From positions 1,903-65,902 of IMG/VR virus record IMGVR_UViG_3300027736_000043: a stretch of 64,000 bases of DNA. One strand, 5' to 3'. The notes beneath the pieces were generated by a model. That model was not told the origin of the DNA. It was given only the letters and a program-made list of their open reading frames with translations, and searched no databases. Source of the stretch: a virus. Taxonomy: Duplodnaviria; Caudoviricetes. The first letter of the stretch is position 1; the number at the start of each line of letters is the position of its first letter. Shown here piece by piece: positions 51,132 through 61,650 of the stretch. A program made the position numbers and the translations under genes.

Positions 51132-51973
51132 CCACCGGTGCATTGATATTTGCATTTAACAATGAAAAAACAGACTACGTGGCCCTGGCAGCCTGGTCTG
51201 CAGCCAATATACACCGGCATCTTGAAATTCCAGTGGCAGTGGTCACAGACAACAAACATCATCCTGAACTGGCAGCATTTGATCAAGTTATCTTTGCTGA
51301 ACCTTCTGCAGGCGGAACAAGGAATTTTGAAGATTATGCAGCCACAGTGACTTGGCACAATGCCGGTAGGCCTGATGCATACAATCTCACACCATGGGAT
51401 AATACTTTATTATTAGATGCAGACTACATAGTGGCCAGCGATCAATTGCGGCATACTTGCACTAATGGTAGAGATTTACAAGCCTACTCAAGATCAACAG
51501 ATGTGTGTAACAATCAAAATTTAGATCGGTTTGGTAATCCCCCAATGAATATGTTTTGGGCCACAGTAGTGCAATTTCGTAAATGTACTCGGGCACAATA
51601 TGTTTTTGATTGCATGAATATGATCAAACAAAATTGGCAACATTATAGAGATATCTATCACATTCACAGCAGCACATATCGCAATGACTACTCGCTAAGT
51701 ATAGCAATAAACATTGTGAATGGTCATGTGCCGCACACCAACAACAATTCAATTGCTGGAGTATTAGTAAATGTGTATCCTAGCAATACGCTAACACAAA
51801 TACATGAAGATTGTTATCGTGTGGCATGGACTGGTTCAAACGGAAAAAAACATCATGTGGAGTTAACAAACCAAGATCTACATGCCATGGGCAAAAGAGA
51901 TTTAGAGGTCATAGTTGAAAATCATACAAGAACAAGGCTATCTAATAACAGCCTGGAACTCAGCCACAGTTGA
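51128..51973 (+). CDS. Glycosyltransferase-like protein (GT-A fold)
   Basis: GALIFAFN...A..I...VAVVTD...LTPWDNTLLLDADY (DxD), then RND. Start at the ATGA overlap. Confidence 0.7.
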   Translation: MTTGALIFAFNNEKTDYVALAAWSAANIHRHLEIPVAVVTDNKHHPELAAFDQVIFAEPSAGGTRNFEDYAATVTWHNAGRPDAYNLTPWDNTLLLDADYIVASDQLRHTCTNGRDLQAYSRSTDVCNNQNLDRFGNPPMNMFWATVVQFRKCTRAQYVFDCMNMIKQNWQHYRDIYHIHSSTYRNDYSLSIAINIVNGHVPHTNNNSIAGVLVNVYPSNTLTQIHEDCYRVAWTGSNGKKHHVELTNQDLHAMGKRDLEVIVENHTRTRLSNNSLELSHS

Positions 51974-52688
51974 TTATATAAACTGTGCAAGATCATTAGT
52001 TCAAACATTAAAACACTGGCATCCTGATGCCAAAGTGTGTTTGGTCACGGATAGAGATATTGTTGATCCGGTGTTTGATTACATACATGTGATCACACGT
52101 ACCAATCTTGACAATCCTTATGCTGATGATTGGCAAATATTCTATCAATCTCCATTTCGTGAAACTATCAAACTAGAAGCAGACATGTGGATTACCAGTT
52201 CAATTGATCACTGGTGGAATTTATTTCGCAAACGTGATCTAGTAATCAGCACAGGTTGTAGAGATTGGCAAGATCGACCCAGCACAGCAAGACACTATCG
52301 TAAAATATTTGATGCAAACAATTTGCCCGATGTGTACAATGCCATCACATACTGGAGATTGAGTACAATAGCAAAAGAATTTTTTGATTTGGTACACAGT
52401 ATATTTGAAAACTGGACTGAATATCGCAAGCTATTGAAATTTCCCGACGAAACGCCGTCAACAGATTTGGTCTATGCAATGGCAGCGCAGATCATTGGTC
52501 CCGAACTGGTAACATTGCCATTTACCACATATCCTAAAATAGTTCATATGAAACGACATCATGCTGGCACACAAACAGAAAATTGGAAAAAAGAACTAGT
52601 TTGGGAATGGGATCACGGTAGTTTACGTGTACAGACAGTAGCACAATCAGGAGCGTTTCATTATTATGTCAAACCAACCTTTAACTGA
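51915..52688 (+). CDS. Glycosyltransferase-like protein (GT-A fold), paralog of the upstream gene
   Basis: GYLITA...VCLVTD...SPFRETIKLEADM...STD...VHMK. Confidence 0.65.
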   Translation: MKIIQEQGYLITAWNSATVDYINCARSLVQTLKHWHPDAKVCLVTDRDIVDPVFDYIHVITRTNLDNPYADDWQIFYQSPFRETIKLEADMWITSSIDHWWNLFRKRDLVISTGCRDWQDRPSTARHYRKIFDANNLPDVYNAITYWRLSTIAKEFFDLVHSIFENWTEYRKLLKFPDETPSTDLVYAMAAQIIGPELVTLPFTTYPKIVHMKRHHAGTQTENWKKELVWEWDHGSLRVQTVAQSGAFHYYVKPTFN

Positions 52689-53016
52689 AGAAGAATTTTG
52701 GAGTATCTTGGCAGACATACCGGAGCCAAAACCAATTTTCTTTAGATTGTATCATGATGATCGTGGGCATGTATTATTCTACAGCATGGAGGATGTTCCA
52801 GGTACATACATCGAAATTGATGCTGAAACTTTTGCGTTATCACCTACAAATGTAAGAGTACGCAATGGCCAACTGGTTGAAGTTACATGGGTATCTAGTG
52901 AAAAACTCCAACCAATGGAAACTGGCACGTCTTGCTACCCCACTGACATAACTGTAGTGGTTTTGCAAAACGATCCGCACATTAAATGGAGCAAAAAAAC
53001 ATATGAACAAAATTGA
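52666..53016 (+). CDS. Hypothetical protein
   Basis: 116-aa ORF overlapping both neighbours. Confidence 0.65.
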   Translation: MSNQPLTEEEFWSILADIPEPKPIFFRLYHDDRGHVLFYSMEDVPGTYIEIDAETFALSPTNVRVRNGQLVEVTWVSSEKLQPMETGTSCYPTDITVVVLQNDPHIKWSKKTYEQN

Positions 53017-53926
53017 CACAGCAGATTTAGACTGCATTTATCTAACCTACGACGAACCACAACGAGAAGAATTCTGGGTCAAGATCAAAAACATGATTCC
53101 TTGGGCCAAACGTGTGGATGGCGTCAAAGGGTCAGACGCAGCACACAAAGCTGCCGCTGCTGCCAGTGATACCGAACGTTTTATTCTAGTAGACGGTGAT
53201 AACTTACCATCTGCAGATTTCTTCAACAAAACATTAGAATTCCCCACAGCTGAATACGAACAAGCAGTGTTTAGATGGCGTGCTAGAAATCATGTAAATG
53301 GCCTAATGTATGGCAATGGAGGTATTAGTAGTTGGACACGTGAATTTGCAAATGCCATGCGTACACACGAAGCCACAGATGGGCGTACAGAAACACAAGT
53401 TGAGTTTTGTTTTGATCCGTTGTACTGGGCCATGCATGATTGCTACAGCACAACTTACCCAGCGCAGTCACCGTTTCATGCATGGCGTGCAGGATTCCGA
53501 GAAGGTGTAAAGATGTGCCTAAACAAAGGTGCCCGACCCACAGTAGAAGAATTTAAAAATCAAGTGCTAAGAAATCTTGATCACCTGACCATATGGCATA
53601 ACATTGGATCTGACGTAGAAAACGGAGAATGGTGTATGGCCGGCGCAAGGCAAGGCACATACATGACCATGCTGACCAACTGGGACTATAAACTAGTACA
53701 AGACTTTGATGCACTGGCTGAAATTTGGGCTACAGTAAAAGATGGACAACCAAGAATACTGAGCAATCAGTTGGGTCCAGAGATTGGAACACAGTTGGAT
53801 CTGCCAATGGCCATATTGGAGTCAGAGCAAAGTGCATTCTTCAAATATCACTATCGATCAAACTGGCACAATCGTGGTGCTATGGTTCGGGAGATGGATG
53901 TAATACGTCAGCAAGAAGGTTGGTAA
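53003..53926 (+). CDS. Glycosyltransferase-like protein (GT-A fold)
   Basis: YLTYDEP...RVDGVKGSDAAHKA...FILVDGDN (DxD)...AWRAGFREGVK. Confidence 0.6.
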   Translation: MNKIDTADLDCIYLTYDEPQREEFWVKIKNMIPWAKRVDGVKGSDAAHKAAAAASDTERFILVDGDNLPSADFFNKTLEFPTAEYEQAVFRWRARNHVNGLMYGNGGISSWTREFANAMRTHEATDGRTETQVEFCFDPLYWAMHDCYSTTYPAQSPFHAWRAGFREGVKMCLNKGARPTVEEFKNQVLRNLDHLTIWHNIGSDVENGEWCMAGARQGTYMTMLTNWDYKLVQDFDALAEIWATVKDGQPRILSNQLGPEIGTQLDLPMAILESEQSAFFKYHYRSNWHNRGAMVREMDVIRQQEGW

Positions 53927-54564
53927 TGTATAAAATTATTACTGACTATGCCGGCCAAGAGAATAAAAATATTTTAATTATTGGATCTCCAAGATCGGGT
54001 ACTCATGCATTGTCTACTGAACTTTCTAATTTCAGACACGGGAAAAATCTTGGAGAAATCTGTATGGTAGGGTATTGTACTAATTTTTGGGACGACATTG
54101 ATAAGTTATCTAGCAGTGCTAGATTAACCACAGCGCAAATTGTTCAGATGAGTCCAAAATTAACATTAGCTGAAAATGTAGATAAGATTAAACAAAATAA
54201 TATTATTGTTAATATTCGACGTCGAGACAAAGTTGCACAATTTGCCAGCTGGATTTATTTCAGAGTATCAGATCCAACTGGACTTTACGGGTGGCATAAT
54301 CATACAGTTAACAAAACAAAAATCAAACCAGATACTATTACAGCAACAGAGCATGACATCACTCAGTTTAAGTTAGAACAAATGTTAGATGATTATTTTT
54401 TACCTACTTTTAATTTGTGCTATGAAGATCTTACATTTACACAAACCACATATAAGAAAAATGAATTTGCATTTCCTCTGCAGCAAATATTTAAAAATCT
54501 TGATTATGTAAAACAACAATTGGAATCTTGGCAGTACTCCTCAGAGCATTTTGGTAATGAATAA
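53926..54564 (+). CDS. Sulfotransferase-like (PAPS-binding P-loop) protein
   Basis: ILIIGSPRSGTHAL, RRDKVAQFASW and YEDL. Start at the TAATG overlap (track start 53725 overlaps the upstream gene). Confidence 0.7.
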   Translation: MYKIITDYAGQENKNILIIGSPRSGTHALSTELSNFRHGKNLGEICMVGYCTNFWDDIDKLSSSARLTTAQIVQMSPKLTLAENVDKIKQNNIIVNIRRRDKVAQFASWIYFRVSDPTGLYGWHNHTVNKTKIKPDTITATEHDITQFKLEQMLDDYFLPTFNLCYEDLTFTQTTYKKNEFAFPLQQIFKNLDYVKQQLESWQYSSEHFGNE

Positions 54565-55930
54565 CAAAAGTCAATTCTTAAGTTCGGCTGAACAAATGGC
54601 AGAAAATCTAGGTCCTGCTCTTTGTTTAGCCAAATGGAAACAAGTCAGTTTGCATTTGCCCACCGGGTTAAATAACAGTTGTTATCACCCACCTTTGCAC
54701 TCTATATCCGTTGAAGATATTGGTCGCAATCCAGCAGCACTACACAATACAGATCATAAAAAACAACAACGTAAGTTGATGTTGGCAGGCAAACGTCCGG
54801 CAGAGTGTCAGTATTGTTGGAACATGGAGGATCTAGGTAAACTCAGCGATCGACATTATAGATCAGGCGAGCCCTGGGCAGCCATAGATTTTGAAAAGAT
54901 AAAAAACTCAACTGGAGATGAACAAGATGTCGTACCGTCGTACGTGGAAGTCAATTTTAACAATGCCTGCAATCTTAAATGCAGCTATTGCAGCCCGCAG
55001 TTCAGCTCTAGCTGGCAACAAGAATCTGAACGTCATGGGGCATTTCCTACTTTGGTTCCTCATAACGCTCCTGAGCATTTTAGCGGCCATCGCAAGCCTA
55101 TCCCTGCCCGTGATCACAACCCTTATGTAGAAGCATTTTGGGCCTGGTGGCCCAGTCTATATCCTGAACTCCGGCACTTCCGCATGACCGGCGGTGAGCC
55201 CTTGATGGATAAGAACACCTGTCGAGTGTTTGACTATGTATTAGCTCACCCAAAAAACGATCTGCACTTGGCAGTAACTTCAAACTTCAGTGTAGAGCCT
55301 GAGCTGTCTGACAAATACTTTGATTATGTAAAACGCCTATGCGATACTGATATTGAACACTTTATGCAGTATGTTAGTCTTGATTCGGGTATAGGACCGC
55401 AAGCAGAATACATCCGGCATGGATTGAATTTTGAACGATTGCAGAACAATGTAGAAACATATCTTCAAGACATTCCATATCGTAACAGTCTCACTTTTAT
55501 TGTGACCATGAACAATCTTTCAGTCACAGGGTTCTTGCCATTGATGAAATGGATTTTAGATCTGCGCCGCAGACATAGTAAAACATATCAACGTGTGTGG
55601 TTTGATACTCCTGTACTTAGACAACCTGCATGGCAAAGTCTACAAACACTGCCTGAGAGTTATGCTGCAAAACTAGAACAAGCACGGAACTTTATGTTGG
55701 AGAATTTAGAAACAGAGTCTGACTTGTTTCACGGATTTAAAGATTACGAAGTGCAACGCCTTGAGCGTGACATAGCCTGGATGCGATCAATGACAAATGT
55801 AAATACCCAGACTCTAAGTGACTTTTATAGATTTTTTAACGAACATGATCGTAGACGAGGAACTGACTTTGAAAAGACATTTCCTGAAATGATCTCATGG
55901 TGGAAACAATGTGAATACCATGCAAGATAA
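54557..55930 (+). CDS. Radical SAM protein with an N-terminal twitch/SPASM-like domain
   Basis: CLAKW...SCYHP...CQYCW, then CNLKCSYC and GGEP. Confidence 0.9.
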   Translation: MNNKSQFLSSAEQMAENLGPALCLAKWKQVSLHLPTGLNNSCYHPPLHSISVEDIGRNPAALHNTDHKKQQRKLMLAGKRPAECQYCWNMEDLGKLSDRHYRSGEPWAAIDFEKIKNSTGDEQDVVPSYVEVNFNNACNLKCSYCSPQFSSSWQQESERHGAFPTLVPHNAPEHFSGHRKPIPARDHNPYVEAFWAWWPSLYPELRHFRMTGGEPLMDKNTCRVFDYVLAHPKNDLHLAVTSNFSVEPELSDKYFDYVKRLCDTDIEHFMQYVSLDSGIGPQAEYIRHGLNFERLQNNVETYLQDIPYRNSLTFIVTMNNLSVTGFLPLMKWILDLRRRHSKTYQRVWFDTPVLRQPAWQSLQTLPESYAAKLEQARNFMLENLETESDLFHGFKDYEVQRLERDIAWMRSMTNVNTQTLSDFYRFFNEHDRRRGTDFEKTFPEMISWWKQCEYHAR

Positions 55931-56306
55931 CCAAATAAGTATTGCCATGAATATTATATTTCCTATCATTGAGTTAATTGACCGATTGGCTATCGCAGAA
56001 ATAAAGTTTTTAAAAACACAACTTAACCAACCAGAAGTTGATTGGTACAAACAACAGTTTGACAAATATAATTTTTCTAGTATTACATTACAGTATGAAG
56101 AATTGAAAGACATACACTTAAAAATATGGAATTTAGAATCAGACATCAGAATGGGAATGGAACATAAATTAGGTCTTGAAGAAGTAGGACTACGAGCATT
56201 GGCCATACGCGACTGGAACCATAAACGTGTTGCATTAAAAAATCAAATTGCAGAAAAATTACATTGTAATGTAAGAGAAATTAAAAAAGATCACGCAAGT
56301 GAATAA
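55911..56306 (+). CDS. DUF6165-like helical protein
   Basis: P..ELIDRL.I.EIK...LWNLE..IR.....N..R..LK..I pattern. Start codon uncertain. Confidence 0.55.
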   Translation: MNTMQDNQISIAMNIIFPIIELIDRLAIAEIKFLKTQLNQPEVDWYKQQFDKYNFSSITLQYEELKDIHLKIWNLESDIRMGMEHKLGLEEVGLRALAIRDWNHKRVALKNQIAEKLHCNVREIKKDHASE

Positions 56307-56311
56307 GATAC

Positions 56312-57445
56312 ATGATAGGTAATCACCGGATCATTGTAGATGAATGGGCCGAAGTCTGGGATCTTCTTAAACCTCATGCCGACGGCAGTTTTTGGCGCTG
56401 GAGCGATTTAACTCTTGATCCAGAAGCTGTATATATTGTTGGGCGTGTGGTGCTCAAAGAGAACTGGTATGCTATCACCGATTGGGCGCATCAACATCCA
56501 GGCAAAGTAGTATTTTCTAATCCTGCTGAAGGATCGCAGACTATACTATTACAACTAAATCGATTGATGATTTCTGAACAGGTAAAATCTGGCGAAATAT
56601 TGTTGTTGACATCCGGCGATCTTGAATCAGGATGGGACTATTGCAAAACTGATTGCTACTTTTCTAACATAGTAGAGTATCTTGAAAACATCAGCGCACA
56701 CGAATCGTGGCCGCAGGTGTATCACAAAAAAAACAAGCCTTATGACTTCTTGTTCTTGAACGGACGATTAAGACCACATCGCAAATATATAATAGACCAA
56801 TTACGCCAACAAAAATTACTAGATCGAGCATTGTGGACTAATTTAGGCGACAGTGTAGAAATGTCTTGGACTAGTACATTACTAACTAATTCTAACGAAC
56901 CTGTAAAATTATTGCCCGAACAGTATGAAATACCTCGCGCTATACCTAACATGATAGAATTACCAACTGGATTTGTCAAACATCACTTGTTTGGTAACAC
57001 CTGGGGTGACGCTATAGTCAATCCTGCGGCGTATGTGGACACATCATTTTCATTGGTAACTGAAACTATATTTGATTATCCGCATACATTCCGCACAGAA
57101 AAAATTTGGAAACCCATGATCATGTGCCATCCATTTGTGGTCGCAGCCAATCGTGGCTATTACCGAGACTTACACAATGCAGGATTTCGAACATTTGGTG
57201 ACCTAGTTGATGAATCATTTGACCAGATAGATGATCCTACTGATCGTGCTAACCGTGTGGTTGCAGTTGTTAAAGATATATGCTATAATGGTGCAGAGGC
57301 TTTCTTGCAAGCTGCCAGAAGTACATGTAAATACAATTATCAGCAGCTTCGTGACCATAACACACAACAACGAGCTGAGCTTCCGGTAAAATTGGCACAA
57401 TATATCAATGAACGATCTAGAATTTCGACAGCAAGTATTAGATAA
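56312..57445 (+). CDS. Glycosyltransferase-like protein (TET...TEK..KP family)
   Basis: FLFLNGRLRPHR...SLVTET...TEKIWKP....PF...GFRTF...DESFD. Paralog of ORF 62342. Confidence 0.55.
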   Translation: MIGNHRIIVDEWAEVWDLLKPHADGSFWRWSDLTLDPEAVYIVGRVVLKENWYAITDWAHQHPGKVVFSNPAEGSQTILLQLNRLMISEQVKSGEILLLTSGDLESGWDYCKTDCYFSNIVEYLENISAHESWPQVYHKKNKPYDFLFLNGRLRPHRKYIIDQLRQQKLLDRALWTNLGDSVEMSWTSTLLTNSNEPVKLLPEQYEIPRAIPNMIELPTGFVKHHLFGNTWGDAIVNPAAYVDTSFSLVTETIFDYPHTFRTEKIWKPMIMCHPFVVAANRGYYRDLHNAGFRTFGDLVDESFDQIDDPTDRANRVVAVVKDICYNGAEAFLQAARSTCKYNYQQLRDHNTQQRAELPVKLAQYINERSRISTASIR

Positions 57446-58739
57446 AAAAAGCAAAAGTTTCTGTGCAGCCAAATGGTACAATGCTACCATATGGTTAGGC
57501 AGCGGCATGACTACCAGTTGCCACCATCCTCCAGCACATGCCATAAATGTAGATGATATCAAACACAATCCTGCAGCATTGCATAACACTACCAAAAAGA
57601 AATTCGAACGTGATCAAATGCAGCATGGTGATCGACCAACGGGATGTGAATATTGTTGGAAGATTGAAGATATGGGTAGCGATGCCATAAGTGACCGTGT
57701 ATACAAGAGTAAAATTTATCCTATAGAGGCATTGAATGAAGCATTTGAAACTCCTGCAGCTAATGACATTAGCTTACGAACCCTTGAAATTGCATTTGAC
57801 CGCACTTGTCAATTTGCTTGTAGCTATTGTAACCCTGCTTTTAGTAGCACTTGGGTTAACGATATACGAAAGAATGGACCTTATAACGGACTTGTTAGTG
57901 ACGGTCGGAACCATTTTACTCACACTCACGATAGCAGCCAACTTTATAAATTCGGTCAAACTAATCCGTATGTGGAAGCATTCTTCCAATGGTGGGAAAC
58001 AGACCTCCATCGAACACTACAAGAACTAAGGATCACTGGTGGTGAACCATTGATGAGTGGCGAGACTTGGAAGCTGATTGGTTGGTTCCGAACCAATCCG
58101 GGTCGCAGCCAAACACGACTGGCCATCAATTCAAATCTAGGCACAGCAGTAGACTTAGATCGATTGCTAGACAGCATTGCAGGATTAGAAGTGGACATAT
58201 ACACATCAAACGAAAGCATAGGTCTACAAGCCGAATACATCAGAGATGGACTTGTATGGGATGACTGGGCCAACAATGTAGAACGATTGTTAGACAGCGG
58301 AAAATTTCGTAGCATACACATAATGAACACCATTAATGCGCTGTGCCTGGACACATTGGATCAGTTCTTAGAATGCATAATGAACTGGAAACTGGAATAC
58401 GGTCGTGATGCTGTTAGTTTTACATTGAACATTTTACGATTTCCCAGTTTTCAATCTCCGCTGGTATTGCCTGATCATCTGCGTATGGTATATCGCCAAC
58501 GTCTGATCACATGGCTAGAGCACTGGTCTGACAGTGAATTTTTGCATGAACATGAACTCAACCATGTTCAACGTCTAATAGACTATTTGGACATTGTCAA
58601 GACACCGCACTCCGAAGCATTTGATCGGCCTCGGTTGTTAAACGACTTCAAACAATTCTATACTCAATACGATCAACGTCGTGGCAAAGACTTTGGTCTA
58701 GCATTTCCCACACTAAAACCCTGGTATGACTCACTATGA
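57408..58739 (+). CDS. Radical SAM protein with an N-terminal twitch/SPASM-like domain
   Basis: CAAKW...SCHHP...CEYCW, then CQFACSYC and GGEP. Close paralog of ORF 54557. Confidence 0.9.
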   Translation: MNDLEFRQQVLDKKSKSFCAAKWYNATIWLGSGMTTSCHHPPAHAINVDDIKHNPAALHNTTKKKFERDQMQHGDRPTGCEYCWKIEDMGSDAISDRVYKSKIYPIEALNEAFETPAANDISLRTLEIAFDRTCQFACSYCNPAFSSTWVNDIRKNGPYNGLVSDGRNHFTHTHDSSQLYKFGQTNPYVEAFFQWWETDLHRTLQELRITGGEPLMSGETWKLIGWFRTNPGRSQTRLAINSNLGTAVDLDRLLDSIAGLEVDIYTSNESIGLQAEYIRDGLVWDDWANNVERLLDSGKFRSIHIMNTINALCLDTLDQFLECIMNWKLEYGRDAVSFTLNILRFPSFQSPLVLPDHLRMVYRQRLITWLEHWSDSEFLHEHELNHVQRLIDYLDIVKTPHSEAFDRPRLLNDFKQFYTQYDQRRGKDFGLAFPTLKPWYDSL

Positions 58740-60442
58740 CATTGGAAGAAAAAATAATAGAATTAAAATCTCGTTACGATGTGTTGGCTGTAATTGATCT
58801 TGATCCGTGGCACGACTTGCATGAACATGATAAAAAATCATGGATGAGAGAAACACTTGCACCTATACACCGAGACCCGTATCTTGATAATCAACGTATT
58901 TTGTTCACAAGCTCACAAGGCGATGTGTACGCAGATGACCACAGTCCAGCAGGACAGTTGCTAACACAACTACAACGTAGATTAAACGAAATCGATATAT
59001 CCAATTTTTTTGTTATCTTGCTGACTAACGACACCACCATGAGAGATGCATATCTTGCTCACTATCAAACATTTTCTGAAGATCCAGTTCCGATAACTGT
59101 CGAAGTGTATGCCAACAAGATCGCCAAACGTCGCACACAAGATAAAAAATCAACAGCAGGCAGTTATCAATATAAGAATCTAGATCCATTGAAGATTGAT
59201 ATTAAGGATCTCACTGAGCAAGAACAATTTTTATTAACAAAAAGTTCTACGTTTTGTATGTATCCGTGGATACATTTCCATGCTTACCCTACTGGCTCGG
59301 CATATCCATGCTGCATGGCAGATATGCAGTTTCCCATTGGTGATATGAGAAAAAATACCATAAAAGAAATATGGAATCAAGCACCCATGACAGAAATACG
59401 CAGACAAATGCTAAATGAACAACCAGTGTCGGCTTGCAATAGATGCTATGAACAAGAATCAATTGGAGTTGTTAGTGGAAGAATGAGTGCTAATAAACAT
59501 CACGGACATCTTATTGACCGTACACACGAAACTAAACCTGATGGCACATTGGATCGATTTGAATTGACCTACTGGGATATAAGATTTTCAAACCTCTGTA
59601 ATCTCAGTTGCCGTAGTTGCGGCCATATATTCTCAAGTTCGTGGTATCAAGATCAAGCCAAACTAGCAGGACCTGAATGGAAAAAAACACACAAAGTATT
59701 GAATTATGCTGGTAGATTTGAAACTGATGCATGGGATCAGCTGGTAGAACATATTGAGCATGTGGAACAGATTTATTTTGCCGGCGGCGAACCATTACTA
59801 ATGGAAGAACACTATAAGATTCTTGACGAATTAGTTCAACAGAAAAAGTTTAATGTGAGATTGATTTACAATACCAATTTTACACACACACATCTCAAAG
59901 ATAGAAGTGTGTTTGAATATTGGAAATTATTTGATTCAGTCAGCATAGGTGCCAGTCTCGACGGATCAGGACCTCATGGTGAATACATCCGTAAAGGAAC
60001 ACAGTGGAATAAGATAGAACAAAATCGTCATGACATGATGCAGATTTGTCCAGATGTAGATTTTTATATTTCGCCTACTTTGAGCATAATGAATGCCTGG
60101 CACTTGCCGGACTTTCATCGCGATTGGGTTGCTCGCGGTTTTATAAAACCACAAGATCTCAATGTTAATATTCTACAAGATCCGCCGCACTACAGAATTG
60201 ATATTGCACCAATGAAATATAAACAACGATTGAGAATAAAATATCAAGAACACATAGAATGGTTAAAGAATCAAGATCCACTAGAGCGAGCCAGCGAAGG
60301 ATTTAAATCAGCTATTAATTTTATGATGGCGTCAGACAACACACATCTCATTGACACATTCTGGCGTAAAACACACGAACTTGATGCTATACGGAATGAA
60401 AAACTATTAGATACAATTCCCGAACTTGAAGCGTTAACATGA
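58736..60442 (+). CDS. Radical SAM protein with an N-terminal extension and a twitch/SPASM-like domain
   Basis: CMYPW...PCC...CNRCY, then CNLSCRSC, GGEP and SLDG. Confidence 0.9.
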   Translation: MTLEEKIIELKSRYDVLAVIDLDPWHDLHEHDKKSWMRETLAPIHRDPYLDNQRILFTSSQGDVYADDHSPAGQLLTQLQRRLNEIDISNFFVILLTNDTTMRDAYLAHYQTFSEDPVPITVEVYANKIAKRRTQDKKSTAGSYQYKNLDPLKIDIKDLTEQEQFLLTKSSTFCMYPWIHFHAYPTGSAYPCCMADMQFPIGDMRKNTIKEIWNQAPMTEIRRQMLNEQPVSACNRCYEQESIGVVSGRMSANKHHGHLIDRTHETKPDGTLDRFELTYWDIRFSNLCNLSCRSCGHIFSSSWYQDQAKLAGPEWKKTHKVLNYAGRFETDAWDQLVEHIEHVEQIYFAGGEPLLMEEHYKILDELVQQKKFNVRLIYNTNFTHTHLKDRSVFEYWKLFDSVSIGASLDGSGPHGEYIRKGTQWNKIEQNRHDMMQICPDVDFYISPTLSIMNAWHLPDFHRDWVARGFIKPQDLNVNILQDPPHYRIDIAPMKYKQRLRIKYQEHIEWLKNQDPLERASEGFKSAINFMMASDNTHLIDTFWRKTHELDAIRNEKLLDTIPELEALT

Positions 60443-61650
60443 AAATACCACATGACAAATTCTGTGTACTACCCTGGATTAGTATAGAAGCAAGTCCAAT
60501 TGGAACAGTACGGCCATGTTGTTTAGCTGATGACGAAATTGTAGACAACAACGGTGAAAAATTTCAATTGGCCACAGCTGACTTTGCTGATATACAAAAC
60601 AGCAATCACATGCGTGATTTGCGTGAAGATTTTTTAGCAGGAAAAAAACCTCAAACATGTCGTAAATGTTGGAATGAAGAACGATCAGGCCGCACAAGTA
60701 AACGTATGCATACACTGGATCGTCTTAAACATGTTCTTGACGAAGAGCATTGGACCAGCGATGCTAAATCATTAATGTTTCTGGATTTAAAACTGGGTAA
60801 CATTTGTAATCTCAAATGCAGAATATGTGGGTCCTGGTCAAGTTCTCAATTTGCAAGCGAAGAAATTGCTTTTTTACCGCGCGAAGAACAAAAGAGTTCG
60901 CATGCTTACCAGATGTTACGTGCTGGAGCATGGCCAAAAGAAAATACACAGTTCTGGACTCAGATTGATTCAGTGTTGTCTGACATACGCTACATTGAAT
61001 TCACTGGCGGAGAGCCTTTTATGATTGAACAACATTTTGACATGTTGCAAGGTATTGTAGATCGTGGTATTGCACATCAAGTTGAAATACACTACAACAC
61101 CAATGGCACACACTGGCCTGATCAAGGTCCGGATATTTGGAAACATTTTAAAACAGTAGAAGTGGCATTTAGTATAGACGATGTGGGTACTAGATTTGAT
61201 TATCAACGCACCAACGCAGACTGGGCAGTGGTCCTAGACAACATTACAAGTTTTCAATACTTGAAAGATCAAATGCCCAACTTACAATTGCAATGTTGTT
61301 CAACTGTGAACATATTCAATGTGCGTTACCTCGATGAGTTGGCTTGGTGGGCAGCATTGCAACGGTTTGACTTTGTGTATTGGAACATGATGCATGACGC
61401 ATGGTATTTTAGCATAGCCACTTTGCCAGACACAGCAAAAACACAAATTATCGCACACTTGGAATCAGCTGACATACCTGCTGAGTACAAACAAGAGTTT
61501 AACCGTATAATAGATTTCATGCGTAACGGAGCGTCTACTGATGGGTTTATGACTCGGATGAAGATTGCAGATCTAGATAGAAAACGCAACCAAGACTTGC
61601 GAGCAGTGGCCCCAGAATTTGCACAATTAATAGAATACACAGGCCCATGA
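60439..61650 (+). CDS. Radical SAM protein with an N-terminal twitch/SPASM-like domain
   Basis: CVLPW...RPCC...CRKCW, then CNLKCRIC, GGEP and NTNG. Confidence 0.9.
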   Translation: MKIPHDKFCVLPWISIEASPIGTVRPCCLADDEIVDNNGEKFQLATADFADIQNSNHMRDLREDFLAGKKPQTCRKCWNEERSGRTSKRMHTLDRLKHVLDEEHWTSDAKSLMFLDLKLGNICNLKCRICGSWSSSQFASEEIAFLPREEQKSSHAYQMLRAGAWPKENTQFWTQIDSVLSDIRYIEFTGGEPFMIEQHFDMLQGIVDRGIAHQVEIHYNTNGTHWPDQGPDIWKHFKTVEVAFSIDDVGTRFDYQRTNADWAVVLDNITSFQYLKDQMPNLQLQCCSTVNIFNVRYLDELAWWAALQRFDFVYWNMMHDAWYFSIATLPDTAKTQIIAHLESADIPAEYKQEFNRIIDFMRNGASTDGFMTRMKIADLDRKRNQDLRAVAPEFAQLIEYTGP

